Below, piece by piece: positions 10,254-21,139 of a DNA stretch of 64,000 nucleotides (position 1 is the stretch's first letter; every line of letters starts with the position of its first letter). Source of the stretch: Promethearchaeota archaeon (GTDB taxonomy: Archaea; Asgardarchaeota; Odinarchaeia; Odinarchaeales; JBHLKK01); the NCBI GenBank assembly GCA_048939465.1, contig JBHLPL010000001.1, positions 23,562 through 87,561 on the forward strand. The letters are read 5' to 3'. A program made the translations under genes and the position numbers. The notes under the pieces are model-generated. The model saw only the letters and a list, made by a program, of their open reading frames with translations, was not told where the DNA came from and ran no database searches.

Positions 10254-10616
10254 GTGGGTGAGCGCATGGCTCTCAATCGGAGGGACATGAAAAAACACTT
10301 CCCTAAACTTGCGGAAGAGATCGAAAGCAGCAAGACCAGAAAGGTCGAAGTAGGAGGAGTCCGTTGGTCAGAAACAGATTACTATGAGGAACTTACTAAT
10401 CCTGATGTTATTAGCTTTTTGAGACGTTGTGATACCGAGAAACAAGGACAAGAGATAATAGACTACCTGGAGAATAGGGAAGAGATCACCCCCGAGTATG
10501 CTGACATCCTTCGACATCAATTGCAGACAAGAGGCGTTCGTTCCTTTGGCCCAAAAAAAACATGGGGCTACTTCGAGAAGGTGTACAGAAAGAAAGCAAA
10601 GCCTAAGAAGAAGTAG
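10254..10616 (+). CDS. hypothetical protein with Lys-rich C-terminus
   Basis: 120 aa ORF; basic tail KKAKPKKK; no recognised motif. Confidence 0.35.
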   Translation: MGERMALNRRDMKKHFPKLAEEIESSKTRKVEVGGVRWSETDYYEELTNPDVISFLRRCDTEKQGQEIIDYLENREEITPEYADILRHQLQTRGVRSFGPKKTWGYFEKVYRKKAKPKKK

Positions 10617-10724
10617 CGAGTTGAGAATCGCCGAAAAAGACCAGCAGGCAATGCCTAAAGTATCCTACATTACCTTTTTTTGGTTTGTTACTACATCTAA
10701 TATCAGGCCATTCAGATTTTCGAG

Positions 10725-11060
10725 GTGATATTAATGTGTGAATTCTCCGTTAAACTAGAAAAGAATGGAAATACTATGGTCATTGCAAAGGATATCGTAA
10801 GGGTGAGAATTTCTGATACAAAATGCGTTTTTCAGGACATCTTGAGGTCGAGCCAAGAGACTTCGCCGTATCTTATTGCGAAAGTTGATGTTCCTAACGA
10901 AGAGCTGATAGTTCGTGAGATTCCCATGCTCGGTCTATTGCTAAAGTTTGCTGATGAGTACGAGAAAGCTGAGTCAAGCGGAGAGCTGGCAAATCTAGAA
11001 AGAACGTGGACAAAAATCAAAAAATCGGGAGACGAATTGGTGAGCCAGCTGGCGAAGTAA
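10725..11060 (+). CDS. hypothetical protein
   Basis: 111 aa ORF, no recognised motif. Confidence 0.3.
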   Translation: MILMCEFSVKLEKNGNTMVIAKDIVRVRISDTKCVFQDILRSSQETSPYLIAKVDVPNEELIVREIPMLGLLLKFADEYEKAESSGELANLERTWTKIKKSGDELVSQLAK

Positions 11061-11616
11061 TCCTCTCCTTGAAGCTCAGGGATCGTTCATTCTCGTGCTT
11101 CTTCCTAAGAAATCCTTAGATTTGCTTTTTCTTGAGTAAAATCCATTTTCAATTTTCGATGAGCGAAGAGCAAAAAAAGACATGAGGAGAAGATTGGCTT
11201 TAAATCGGGCACTTGAACTCTGGCATTTTCTGGCCAGACTGATATTATATGATTCTTGAACCAAGATTTCAAAGGTTTTTGCTATCGATCAGAGCCTTAC
11301 AATCTTACGGGGTGAATATGATCCACTCAGCTTTTCTGTGGTTATTGAAGCTCATGATACTCAGAGTGGACAACTTCGGGAATCGTGATTCCATGAGAAG
11401 CAATGTGTATGGAGGTCATGTTTTACCCGCGGGCATTACTAATAGCGCGTTCGATGCAGACACTGCCCGTTAGTTCACCAACCTACTCCAAATTAGAATA
11501 GACGCAAATTGGATTTAAACCTTTCCATACGCTATGAATTATCTTCCGTATGACCAGGAGAACTTGTTGCTTACAATGTATCCTTCTGGGTAAAACATTT
11601 TAAGTCTTGGAAGTAA

Positions 11617-12585
11617 ATGCAGGATGGGAGGAAATCTGGAATGAAGTACTCTATTATAGTTCACGGCGGCGCCGGTACCGTTACACCGGAGAGATCGGAA
11701 GAAGCAAAAAAAGGCGTGCTTGCGGCCCTCCAGAAAGCATCCTCATTACTTGCAGAGGGTAGAGACGCTGTGACCGCAGTAGAAGAATCAGTAAAGATGA
11801 TGGAAGACAATCCAAACTTCAATGCCGGGAAAGGATCCACACTAACGATTGACGGCAGGGTTCAAATGGGAGCCTGTATAATGGATGGAAAAACGTTGGA
11901 TGTGGGTGCTGTCGCGCTGGTTTCAAATGTACGTTATCCTATCTCATTGGCCCGGATCGTCATGAGAGAAACCGATCACGTATTGATCACAGGCGACTTT
12001 GCTGAGCATTTAGCCAAGAAATTCGAGTTGGAAACTAGCGATCCTTTGACAAATAAGAGTGTAGAACGATGGAAACAACTACGCGAGAAGTTTATGAAAG
12101 GGGAACTCAGCTATCTGAAAAAGAATCCGAAGTTGATGAAGATGTTCCCGCGTCTGGTACAGCTTGGGACAGTGGGGGCGGTTGCGATAGATAACGATGG
12201 TAATCTGGCTGCAGCCACATCAACTGGCGGTATTCCCCTAAAATTACCCAATCGGATAGGGGACACCCCCCAAGTTGGGTGCGGAACTTACGCTGACAAC
12301 GCATCAGGAGCGGTTTCAGCCACAGGTGTGGGAGAAGTTATAGCCCGAGTATGTTTGGCAAAAACCGTATGCACCTTCATTGAAACTGGCGAATCCGCCC
12401 AAATGGCAGCCGGCAAGGCCATAGGGGTATTGACTTCGAGGCTAGGAGGGGAGACTGCAGGATGCATAGTCGTGGACAAGGACGGGCGCACCGGTATTTA
12501 TCATAATACCAAGAATCTTGTCTGGGCAAGATTGACACATAAAATGAAAAAGCCAGAAGTTGGGACTGAATATTCATCGGTGTGA
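11617..12585 (+). CDS. isoaspartyl peptidase / L-asparaginase (Ntn-hydrolase, plant-type asparaginase family)
   Basis: N-terminal IIVHGGAGT; autoproteolysis/nucleophile region GTVGAVAIDNDGNLAAATSTGG. Confidence 0.8.
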   Translation: MQDGRKSGMKYSIIVHGGAGTVTPERSEEAKKGVLAALQKASSLLAEGRDAVTAVEESVKMMEDNPNFNAGKGSTLTIDGRVQMGACIMDGKTLDVGAVALVSNVRYPISLARIVMRETDHVLITGDFAEHLAKKFELETSDPLTNKSVERWKQLREKFMKGELSYLKKNPKLMKMFPRLVQLGTVGAVAIDNDGNLAAATSTGGIPLKLPNRIGDTPQVGCGTYADNASGAVSATGVGEVIARVCLAKTVCTFIETGESAQMAAGKAIGVLTSRLGGETAGCIVVDKDGRTGIYHNTKNLVWARLTHKMKKPEVGTEYSSV

Positions 12586-14392
12586 GGGAGAATCTGTGCC
12601 ACGGATAGCAGTAATAAACATAGACAAATGCAAGCCCAAAGACTGCGGGAAACCATGTATGACCTTCTGCCCCGGAGTAAGGATGGGAGAGGAAACAGTG
12701 ACCTTCCCCGACCCTGCGAAACATCCAATAATATCCGAGAGTCTATGCACCGGATGTGGAATCTGTATAAAGAAATGTCCTTACGGCGCTATAAAAATAG
12801 TTAATACTCCAGAGCAATTGGAAGGCGAGGCCAGCCATAGGTACGGAGCTAATGCGTTTGTCTTATACAGACTGCCTGTTCCGAAAATCGGAAAGGTGAC
12901 CGGAATAGTAGGTCAAAATGGTGCGGGAAAGACTACTACCCTAAGAATACTGGCGGGAGAGATAAAACCGAATCTAGGGCACTATGATGATCCCCCCTCT
13001 TGGAATGAAATCGTCACTTTCTACAGGGGATCTGAACTCCAGCTCTATTTCGAAAGAATTGCAAATAATGAAATCAGAGTAAGCTATAAACCTCAGTATA
13101 TAACCGACCTGCCTCAAGTTACAAAAGGCGTAGTTGGTGACCTTCTGGAAAAAACCGACCAGCGAGAAGTTATGGAGGATCTGAAAAGACAGTTAGACTT
13201 GGAGAGCGTATGGGATCATGAGCTTCCAAAACTGTCTGGTGGTGAATTACAGCGGGTGGCGATAGCGGCAGCCTCCGCTAAGGATGCTGATGCATACCTA
13301 TTTGATGAACCAACAAGCTACCTTGATATATTCCAGAGAACCAAGATTGCCAAAGTCATACGCGCGCTTGCAGGAGAAAACAAGACTGTAATAGTAGTGG
13401 AGCACGATCTGGCTATTAACGACTATGTTAGTGACTACACTAGCGTAATCTTCGGAGAACCTGGTGTCTATGGCATAGTCTCCCATCCTTATGGAGTGCG
13501 AGAGGGGATAAATGCTTTCCTTAATGGATACCTAGTGGATGAAAACATTCGCTTCAGAGATCGGAGTATCACATTTCCTTTACATCCACCAACACCGAAA
13601 ACTGCACTTATAGAGACACCGTTAGTATTAGAATTTGGAGCCATGAAAAAGAAGCTGAATGGCTTTAAGCTTGCAATTGGCGGGGGAGTAATTCATCAAG
13701 GAGAAATCATCGGTGTTTTGGGACCAAACGGAATAGGAAAAACAACATTTGTAAAAATCCTTGCTGGGCTTCTCGAAATTGACAAAGGCGAACCTCCCAA
13801 AGTGGAACTAACTGTTTCCTACAAACCTCAGTATATAAGCGCAGAATATGACGGTACTGTTAGAGAGTATCTAAATGAAGCTTCGGGGAGAAAGATCTCC
13901 ACGAGTATCTACAAAACCGAGATAATCGGCCCACTTGGACTGAAAGAACTGCTTGATAGGCGAGTAGACAGTCTTAGCGGCGGAGAACTTCAAGCGGTTA
14001 CCATAGCTGGCTCACTGTCTAGAAAAACTGATCTCCTGCTCATAGACGAACCAAGCGCTTTTCTAGATGTGGAGCAAAGACTTGCTTCTGCAAAGACAAT
14101 AAAGCGAACAGTTGAGAGATATAAAAACGCCGCATTTGTTGTTGAGCATGACGTGGTTTACATCGATACCGTGGCTGATCACCTGATGGTTTTCGAGGGT
14201 GTGCCAAGCCTAGCAGGTCAAGTTGGTCCGCCGGTTAATATGCGTAGCGGCATGAACAAGTTTCTAAAGACAGTTGGCATTACCCTAAGAAGAGATGCGC
14301 GTACGGGGAGACCAAGGGTTAACAAGTCAGGTTCACGCCTCGACCAGGAGCAGAAGGCATCTGGAGAGTATTACTACGCACCGGCGAAGTAG
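12560..14392 (+). CDS. abcE1: ABCE1 / RNase L inhibitor (ribosome-recycling ABC ATPase)
   Basis: N-terminal Fe-S domain (CKPKDCGKPCMTFCP, CTGCGICIKKCP); two ABC domains (Walker A GQNGAGKTT and GPNGIGKTT, signature LSGGELQ twice); 5' end overlaps preceding gene by ~26 nt. Confidence 0.9.
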   Translation: MGLNIHRCEGESVPRIAVINIDKCKPKDCGKPCMTFCPGVRMGEETVTFPDPAKHPIISESLCTGCGICIKKCPYGAIKIVNTPEQLEGEASHRYGANAFVLYRLPVPKIGKVTGIVGQNGAGKTTTLRILAGEIKPNLGHYDDPPSWNEIVTFYRGSELQLYFERIANNEIRVSYKPQYITDLPQVTKGVVGDLLEKTDQREVMEDLKRQLDLESVWDHELPKLSGGELQRVAIAAASAKDADAYLFDEPTSYLDIFQRTKIAKVIRALAGENKTVIVVEHDLAINDYVSDYTSVIFGEPGVYGIVSHPYGVREGINAFLNGYLVDENIRFRDRSITFPLHPPTPKTALIETPLVLEFGAMKKKLNGFKLAIGGGVIHQGEIIGVLGPNGIGKTTFVKILAGLLEIDKGEPPKVELTVSYKPQYISAEYDGTVREYLNEASGRKISTSIYKTEIIGPLGLKELLDRRVDSLSGGELQAVTIAGSLSRKTDLLLIDEPSAFLDVEQRLASAKTIKRTVERYKNAAFVVEHDVVYIDTVADHLMVFEGVPSLAGQVGPPVNMRSGMNKFLKTVGITLRRDARTGRPRVNKSGSRLDQEQKASGEYYYAPAK

Positions 14393-14514
14393 TTTTGTTC
14401 TTGATTTTTTACGCCTTCAGAAAAGCTTTTATACTCTTGCATTAATCGAGTTTCTGCGAGTTAGAACTGGTTTTGTCATGCTCGCACTGATCATAAGAGG
14501 TCAAGAATAGAGGG

Positions 14515-16497
14515 TTGAGAAAGAACATGCCGAGAACTAAAGCCATTAAGTGGGTTGTTAAGGACCCCAAGAAAGACATGTATTGGCCGAGTGAAGAAAA
14601 CAAAAAGAAAGCGTGGGTCAACGACGAATCAATCTATGATGAGGCAAATAGAGACCCGGTCGCTTTTTGGGAAAAGCTGGCAAGAGAAGGGCTGGATTGG
14701 TACAAGGAATGGGACAAAGGGTATGAATGGAACCCGCCGTTCTATAAGTGGTTTGTGAATGGGAAAATCAATGCATGCTATAATGCTGTTGATCGACATG
14801 CAATGACGTGGAGGCGGAACAAAGCCGCAATAATCTGGGAACCAGAGCCAATTGGGGAAATGCCCCGAATACTCACTTATTATGACCTATATAGAGAAGT
14901 CAACAAGTTCGCCAACGTACTAAAGGATTTTGGCGTGAAGAAAGGAGATAGAGTGGGAATATATTTACCAATGATTCCAGAAGTTCAAATCGCCATGTTA
15001 GCGTGCGCTCGAATCGGAGCCGTTCACAGTGTGGTTTTCTCAGCGTTCAGCGGAGAATCTCTTAAGACAAGAATGATAGACGCTAAAGCCAAGGTTGTAA
15101 TTACGGCAGATGGCTACTATCGAAGAGGAAAGCTCATCGATCTCAAAAAGAGCGCAGATATTGGTGTAGAAGGAGCCGAAGTGAATAAGGTTGTTGTAGT
15201 AAAGAGAGCCGGAAATGATGCGAGAATGGTAGCAGGCAGAGACTTTTGGTGGCATGAACTGATGAAAAACGTGGAAGAGAAATATTGTGAACCCGAAGTG
15301 ATGGATAGTGAAGACTTGCTCTTTCTACTCTACACAAGCGGTACTACCGGACGTCCAAAAGGTGTCATGCACACTACGGGAGGCTATTTGACACAAGCAT
15401 ACTGGACATCTAAGTGGGATTTTGACCTTCATGATGAAGATGTATATTGGTGTACGGCAGATATCGGCTGGGTAACAGGCCACACTTATGCTTGCTACGG
15501 ACCGCTGCTGTGTGGTGCAACCATCCTGATCTTTGAAGGGTCGCCAGATTATCCACAATATGATCGATGGTGGGAGATAGTTGAAAAATACGGTGTGAAT
15601 AGCTTTTACACCGCTCCAACTGCAATAAGGATGTTCATGAAGCAGGGCAAAGAATGGCCTCTGAAACACGATTTAAGCAGTCTTCATGTTTTGGGCACGG
15701 TAGGTGAACCCATCAATCGAGAGGCGTGGATGTGGTACTTCGAGAATATCGGCGGCGGAAGATGCCCAATAATCGACACGTGGTGGCAGACTGAGACTGG
15801 AGGGAATCTGATTACTGCGCTACCTGGCGTCGGGCCGTTCATTCCGACAGTTGCGGGAAGGGGATTTCCGGGGACTGTCATGGAAGTGCTAGATGAAGAA
15901 GGAAAACCAGTAGGAATCGGCGAAGGTGGTTACCTGGTTCAGAAAAGTCCATTTGCCCCCGGAATGCTACGAGGGGTCTACGGCAACCCCCAAAGGTACA
16001 AGGATACCTACTGGAGTGAATATGGTGAGAAGATATACTATACAAGTGATGGTGCGCGATGGTACGATGAGAAGAATATACGTATCACGGGTAGGGTTGA
16101 CGACGTACTGAAAGTTGCCGGCCATAGAATGGCTACAGCAGAAGTTGAAAATGCGCTGACTGAACATGAAGCTGTTGCAGAGGCAGCAGTCGTCGGAGCG
16201 CCTCACGACATCAAAGGTGAAGTTCCAATTGCGTTCGTTTGCCTAAAGGGAGTTAAACCGTCTGATGAGTTACGAAAGCAATTGATGGACAAAGTACGGG
16301 AAATGATAGGACCAACTGCAAGACCTGAAAAGATTTACTTCACACCGGATTTGCCCAAAACAAGGAGTGGGAAAATCATGCGGAGAGTCCTGAAGAAACT
16401 TCTGATCAACGAATCGCTAGGAGATATAACAACTCTAAGCAATCCTGAGAGTGTAGAACTGCTCAAAAAAGAGGTAGGGTATTCAGGACCTAGCTAG
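14515..16497 (+). CDS. acs: acetyl-CoA synthetase (AMP-forming)
   Basis: 660 aa; AMP-binding motif YTSGTTGRPKGV; canonical Acs N-terminus; C-terminal Lys in PKTRSGKIMRR. Confidence 0.9.
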   Translation: MRKNMPRTKAIKWVVKDPKKDMYWPSEENKKKAWVNDESIYDEANRDPVAFWEKLAREGLDWYKEWDKGYEWNPPFYKWFVNGKINACYNAVDRHAMTWRRNKAAIIWEPEPIGEMPRILTYYDLYREVNKFANVLKDFGVKKGDRVGIYLPMIPEVQIAMLACARIGAVHSVVFSAFSGESLKTRMIDAKAKVVITADGYYRRGKLIDLKKSADIGVEGAEVNKVVVVKRAGNDARMVAGRDFWWHELMKNVEEKYCEPEVMDSEDLLFLLYTSGTTGRPKGVMHTTGGYLTQAYWTSKWDFDLHDEDVYWCTADIGWVTGHTYACYGPLLCGATILIFEGSPDYPQYDRWWEIVEKYGVNSFYTAPTAIRMFMKQGKEWPLKHDLSSLHVLGTVGEPINREAWMWYFENIGGGRCPIIDTWWQTETGGNLITALPGVGPFIPTVAGRGFPGTVMEVLDEEGKPVGIGEGGYLVQKSPFAPGMLRGVYGNPQRYKDTYWSEYGEKIYYTSDGARWYDEKNIRITGRVDDVLKVAGHRMATAEVENALTEHEAVAEAAVVGAPHDIKGEVPIAFVCLKGVKPSDELRKQLMDKVREMIGPTARPEKIYFTPDLPKTRSGKIMRRVLKKLLINESLGDITTLSNPESVELLKKEVGYSGPS

Positions 16498-16534
16498 ACA
16501 CACCATTTCTCCGTTCATTTATTCCAAATAAGGT

Positions 16535-16548
16535 CCTCTCTTTTTTCA
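16535..16548 (+). terminator. T-rich tract immediately downstream of acs (putative archaeal terminator)
   Basis: cctctcttttttc 38 nt after the acs stop; archaeal terminators are oligo-T runs. Confidence 0.3.
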
Positions 16549-16574
16549 TCGAAAAACCTCATTTTCTTGATCCA

Positions 16575-17837
16575 TTGCGTAAGATTTATAACTTATCTGT
16601 ATTTAGGAATTGGAAAAAGTCTTCATCCAATAATGGCCCGCAACTTCGGCCGCAAAGGCGGGGCAAGATAAGGTGTCTGCCGTTGAAAGCCCGAAAATCA
16701 TGGAATGATGCGGCACTTATACTTGAAGACGGGACTGCTTTTGTAGGGCAGGGATTTGGCTCCCAAAAAAAGGTAACAGGTGAGGTTGTTTTCAATACCG
16801 GGATGGTTGGGTATCCTGAGTCAATTACCGATCCGTCTTACTATGGACAAATCCTCACTTTGACATATCCCCTGATTGGAAATTATGGAGTACCTTCTTT
16901 TGGTGAAACGGAGCACGGAATACCCAGATTCTTCGAATCAGATTCTGTGAAGGTTAGAGGGCTTGTCGTCCACGAGCACTGTTATCTGCCGAGCCACTGG
17001 TCTTCCACTAGAACCTTAGATCAATGGTTGAAAAACGAGGGTGTGCCGGCCATCATGAATGTTGATACCCGCAAACTCACAAAAAGACTGCGTGAACACG
17101 GCGTAATGCTGGGTATTCTACAGGTGTGTAGCGAAGAAGAAAAAATCGATATATCTGGGCTTCGTGAAGAGGCAAGAAATATCGAAAATCCCAACAAGAG
17201 GAATCTTGCCGGAGAAGTTGCAACAGACAAACCAATTACTTATGATTGTCACGGTAAAGGAACAGTTCTAATTCTGGATTGTGGCGTAAAGTACAACATC
17301 CTGAGAAGTTTTTTGAAAAGAAATCTGAATGTTGTTCGGGTTCCTTATAATACCTCAATCTCAGAGATACTTGATTATCAACCGAATGGCGTTGTAATCA
17401 GCAATGGACCCGGCGACCCCAAGAGGATTCCGAGTATTACTCAGACTGTTACTGAAATAATTGGAGAAGCTCTTCCTCTTCTTGGAATCTGTCTTGGAAC
17501 TCAGATTCTGTCACTTGCCTGCGGTGGGGATACCTACAAACTGAAGTATGGCCACCGCTCTCAGAATCAGCCAAGTATGAACCTAGAAACTGGTCGCTGT
17601 TTTATTACAAGCCAAAATCACGGCTATGCTGTTGATCCGACTTCTTTGAAAGAGACAGATCTGGAAATCTGGTTTGTTAATGCAAATGATAAGACCATAG
17701 AAGGGATTAAACACAAAAGGGTCAATGCATTCGCAGTTCAGTTTCATCCTGAACATGCACCCGGACCTGTTGATACTGAATATATATTCTGGCAATTTAT
17801 CAAAGCCATGGGGGGTCAAAAGTCTGCCCAGATTTGA
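16575..17837 (+). CDS. carA: carbamoyl-phosphate synthase small (glutaminase) subunit
   Basis: ALILEDGTAFVGQGFG N-terminal CarA motif; GATase catalytic Cys in GICLGTQIL; His in FHPEH; true start probably downstream of 16575 (conserved core begins near aa 45). Confidence 0.85.
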   Translation: MRKIYNLSVFRNWKKSSSNNGPQLRPQRRGKIRCLPLKARKSWNDAALILEDGTAFVGQGFGSQKKVTGEVVFNTGMVGYPESITDPSYYGQILTLTYPLIGNYGVPSFGETEHGIPRFFESDSVKVRGLVVHEHCYLPSHWSSTRTLDQWLKNEGVPAIMNVDTRKLTKRLREHGVMLGILQVCSEEEKIDISGLREEARNIENPNKRNLAGEVATDKPITYDCHGKGTVLILDCGVKYNILRSFLKRNLNVVRVPYNTSISEILDYQPNGVVISNGPGDPKRIPSITQTVTEIIGEALPLLGICLGTQILSLACGGDTYKLKYGHRSQNQPSMNLETGRCFITSQNHGYAVDPTSLKETDLEIWFVNANDKTIEGIKHKRVNAFAVQFHPEHAPGPVDTEYIFWQFIKAMGGQKSAQI

Positions 17838-20800
17838 ATGGATACGTAAAACCCTAGTACTGGGAAGCGGGGCCATCCAAATAGGCCAGGCTGGAGAATT
17901 TGACTATTCTGGAAGCCAAGCGCTCAAAGCCCTTCGCGAAGAAGGAATAAAGTCCGTTCTAATAAACTCAAACATCGCTACAATTCAGACAGACCCCAGG
18001 TTGGCGGGGGATGTATATTTGCTGCCCGTAACTCCAGAATTCGTCGAGAAGGTAATTCAGAAGGAAAAGCCTGATAGTATTCTCCTCAGTTTTGGTGGTC
18101 AAACCGCTCTAAACTGCGGTGTCGAACTTGCAGCACAGGGTATCTTGGAGAAATACGATGTAAAGGTGTTGGGAACGCCGATTGAGGCTATTGAGAAAAC
18201 TGAAGATCGAGAATTGTTCAAAAAATCCATGCGGCAAGCCGGTGTTGACGTTCTAAGGAGCAAGATTGCGAAGACGGTCAAACATGCCGTTTCCATAGGC
18301 GATGAGCTTGATTATCCCGTAATCATTCGTGCGGCCTATACTCTGGGTGGCAGAGGATCAGGAGTAGCCAGGACCAAAAGCGAATTGAAGGAAATAGCCG
18401 CGCGAGGTCTGGCTCAGAGTATGATACACCAAATCTTGGTTGAAGAGTATGCCAAACATTGGAAAGAAATTGAATATGAGGTTGTTCGCGACCACGAAGA
18501 CAATTGTATTACCGTATGCAACATGGAGAATTTGGATCCTATGGGTGTACATACTGGGGAGTCCATTGTTGTTTCCCCCTCACAAACCTTGACTAACCGT
18601 GAGTATCATCTGCTGAGGGGTGCCTCGATAAGGGCTGTTCGATCAATAGGGGTAGTGGGGGAATGCAATATCCAATATGCCCTTCATCCCTATTCAGAAG
18701 CCTTTAGGGCAATAGAGATTAACGCCCGCTTATCACGTTCATCTGCGCTCGCATCTAAAGCAACTGGCTATCCTCTGGCATATGTCGCAGCTAAGCTAGC
18801 ACTTGGCCATACCCTTCCAGAGCTCGTAAACAATGTTACTCATGTTACCACAGCTTGCTTCGAACCCGCCTTGGACTACATAGTTGTGAAAATACCTAGA
18901 TGGGATCTCCAAAAGTTCAAAAGTGTTAGCAGACGGATTGGGACCCAGATGAAGAGCGTTGGCGAAGTTATGGGCATTGGAAGGTGCTTTGAAGAGGCTC
19001 TGCAAAAGGCAGTTCGAATGCTTAACATCGGAAGAATCGGGATCGTTGGGAACGGGGAAGAAAGCATCCCAAATGAAGAACTGGCTGAATTATTGAAGGA
19101 ACCAACTGACAAGAGATTGTTTGACATAGTTAGAGCCATGAAAGCCGGCATATCTGTTGACAGAATCTATGAGTTAACCGGCATTGACAAATGGTTTCTC
19201 TTCAAAATCCACAATATTATTCGTACTGAAAATGCACTGATGGAGATAGGCAAGCAAACCGTTATCGAAAGAACTGGTGATGATTATCTGAGTCACGTCG
19301 TAAGAGAAGCAAAGAGATTGGGCTTTTCTGATGATCAAATTGCCAGGTGTTTGGGAATCTCAGCCCCAGAAGCGCGTGAGTACAGGAGGAAAAGGGGCAT
19401 AGTTCCTGTAGTGAAGCAGATTGATACTCTAAGTGCAGAATGGCCTGCCCAAACGAACTATTTGTACGTAACCTATGGAGGAGAAGAAAACGATGTATCG
19501 TCTGATGTGAGATCTTTAAAGAAAGTAATAGTGTTGGGTTCAGGATCCTATAGGATCGGGAGTAGCGTCGAATTCGATTGGTGCGGTGTAAACATGGTAT
19601 GGGCCCTAAAAGAAGCAGGAATAGAAGAAGTCATAATGGTAAATTGTAATCCTGAAACTGTTTCAACCGATTTCGATATTGGCGACAAATTGTATTTTGA
19701 GGAACTGTCCGTCGAAAGAGTCCTAGATATTTGTGAGATGGAATATCCCTATGGAGTAGTTGTGTCTGTTGGAGGACAAATACCCAACAATCTGGCACTG
19801 GAGCTCGCAGGAGCTGGAGTCAGAATATTAGGAACATCGGCAGATGATATTGATCGTGCCGAAGATCGGTCGAAATTTAGCCAGCTTCTTGATGAGCTCA
19901 AGATCCCTCAGCCTCAATGGAGGGAGATAACTTCAATGGCGTCTGCAGAAACGTTTTCAAAGAGAGTGGGTTTTCCGGTACTCATACGCCCATCTTATGT
20001 GCTTTCTGGAGCAGCCATGAGGGTTGCTTATAATGAAAAGCAGCTTAGGGAGTTCCTAGGACTAGCGGAAAGAGTATCTAAAGAACATCCCGTAGTTTTA
20101 AGCAAGTTCATGCGAGACGCTAAGGAGGTTGAAGTTGACGGGGTCTCAGACGGTGAGTCCGTATTGATTGGGGCGATCATCGAGCACGTTGAACACGCAG
20201 GAACTCATAGCGGGGACGCTACTATGGTTATTCCGCCGCAAACATTAGCCAGCAAAATCTTGGAGAAAATAAGAGACCATACAAAGAATATAGCTACTGC
20301 CCTAAACATAAAGGGGCCTTTCAATATTCAGTTTCTCGTCAAGAATGGGTCTGTATACGTCATAGAATGCAATCTCAGAGCTTCCAGATCAATGCCCTTT
20401 GTTTCCAAAATTAGAGGCTTAAATCTAATGACCATGGCGGCTCCTGCAATACTGGGTCATAGGCTCACCAACATTCCTGAAGAGGTTTATTCAGAGTTTG
20501 CTGGAGTGAAGGTTCCCCGATTCTCTTTTATGAGACTAGAGGGAGCCGACCCCGTTCTGGGCGTTGAAATGATGTCTACAGGTGAAGTAGCATGTATCGG
20601 AAGAAACTTCGAGGAAGCTTTCATTAAAGCACTCCTGTCTGCGGAAATGAAGATTCCGCTTAGTAGGGGGAGAGTATTGATAACAGTTGGCGGGATTGAG
20701 CTGAAAAAGAGAATACTCCCTGTCGCCAAAATGTTCTCAGACCTCGGATACGAAATATTCGCAACCGAACATACAGCCGAACCTCTGGAAAAAGAAGGAA

Positions 20801-21105
20801 TTAAGACAAAGATTCTTTATAAGCTCATGGAAGATCGTGAACCTAACCTTCGCAACTTCATTATCAGGAGGAAACTCGATTTAATCATTAACATCCCTGC
20901 GACGACGACTCTCGAAAAGTATGTTCAGATGCTTGAGGATGAATACAATATGCGAAGAAATGCAGTTGAGTATAATATACCCCTTATAACCAGCTTAGAG
21001 CTTGCTAATGCTCTGGCAGCTGCTCTCAAGAGAATCAAGAAAGAGAAATTGACGATAATCTCTCTTAATGAGTACATTGATATGTTGACCCAAAAAAAAT
21101 GGTAG
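17725..21105 (+). CDS. carB: carbamoyl-phosphate synthase large subunit
   Basis: KTLVLGSGAIQIGQAGEFDYSG and second-half VIVLGSGSYRIGSSVEFDWCG ATP-grasp duplications; MGS-like C-terminus; ORF start overlaps carA by >100 nt and no ATG/GTG/TTG lies near the expected start (~17842). Confidence 0.88.
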   Translation: MHSQFSFILNMHPDLLILNIYSGNLSKPWGVKSLPRFEWIRKTLVLGSGAIQIGQAGEFDYSGSQALKALREEGIKSVLINSNIATIQTDPRLAGDVYLLPVTPEFVEKVIQKEKPDSILLSFGGQTALNCGVELAAQGILEKYDVKVLGTPIEAIEKTEDRELFKKSMRQAGVDVLRSKIAKTVKHAVSIGDELDYPVIIRAAYTLGGRGSGVARTKSELKEIAARGLAQSMIHQILVEEYAKHWKEIEYEVVRDHEDNCITVCNMENLDPMGVHTGESIVVSPSQTLTNREYHLLRGASIRAVRSIGVVGECNIQYALHPYSEAFRAIEINARLSRSSALASKATGYPLAYVAAKLALGHTLPELVNNVTHVTTACFEPALDYIVVKIPRWDLQKFKSVSRRIGTQMKSVGEVMGIGRCFEEALQKAVRMLNIGRIGIVGNGEESIPNEELAELLKEPTDKRLFDIVRAMKAGISVDRIYELTGIDKWFLFKIHNIIRTENALMEIGKQTVIERTGDDYLSHVVREAKRLGFSDDQIARCLGISAPEAREYRRKRGIVPVVKQIDTLSAEWPAQTNYLYVTYGGEENDVSSDVRSLKKVIVLGSGSYRIGSSVEFDWCGVNMVWALKEAGIEEVIMVNCNPETVSTDFDIGDKLYFEELSVERVLDICEMEYPYGVVVSVGGQIPNNLALELAGAGVRILGTSADDIDRAEDRSKFSQLLDELKIPQPQWREITSMASAETFSKRVGFPVLIRPSYVLSGAAMRVAYNEKQLREFLGLAERVSKEHPVVLSKFMRDAKEVEVDGVSDGESVLIGAIIEHVEHAGTHSGDATMVIPPQTLASKILEKIRDHTKNIATALNIKGPFNIQFLVKNGSVYVIECNLRASRSMPFVSKIRGLNLMTMAAPAILGHRLTNIPEEVYSEFAGVKVPRFSFMRLEGADPVLGVEMMSTGEVACIGRNFEEAFIKALLSAEMKIPLSRGRVLITVGGIELKKRILPVAKMFSDLGYEIFATEHTAEPLEKEGIKTKILYKLMEDREPNLRNFIIRRKLDLIINIPATTTLEKYVQMLEDEYNMRRNAVEYNIPLITSLELANALAAALKRIKKEKLTIISLNEYIDMLTQKKW

Positions 21106-21139
21106 GTTGATGATTGGAGCAATTTATCCCGTAGTCACC

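Noticed and set aside
12107-12728. Several 60-115 aa minus-strand ORFs overlapping asparaginase and ABCE1
   Set aside because: All are internal antisense frames of well-supported genes
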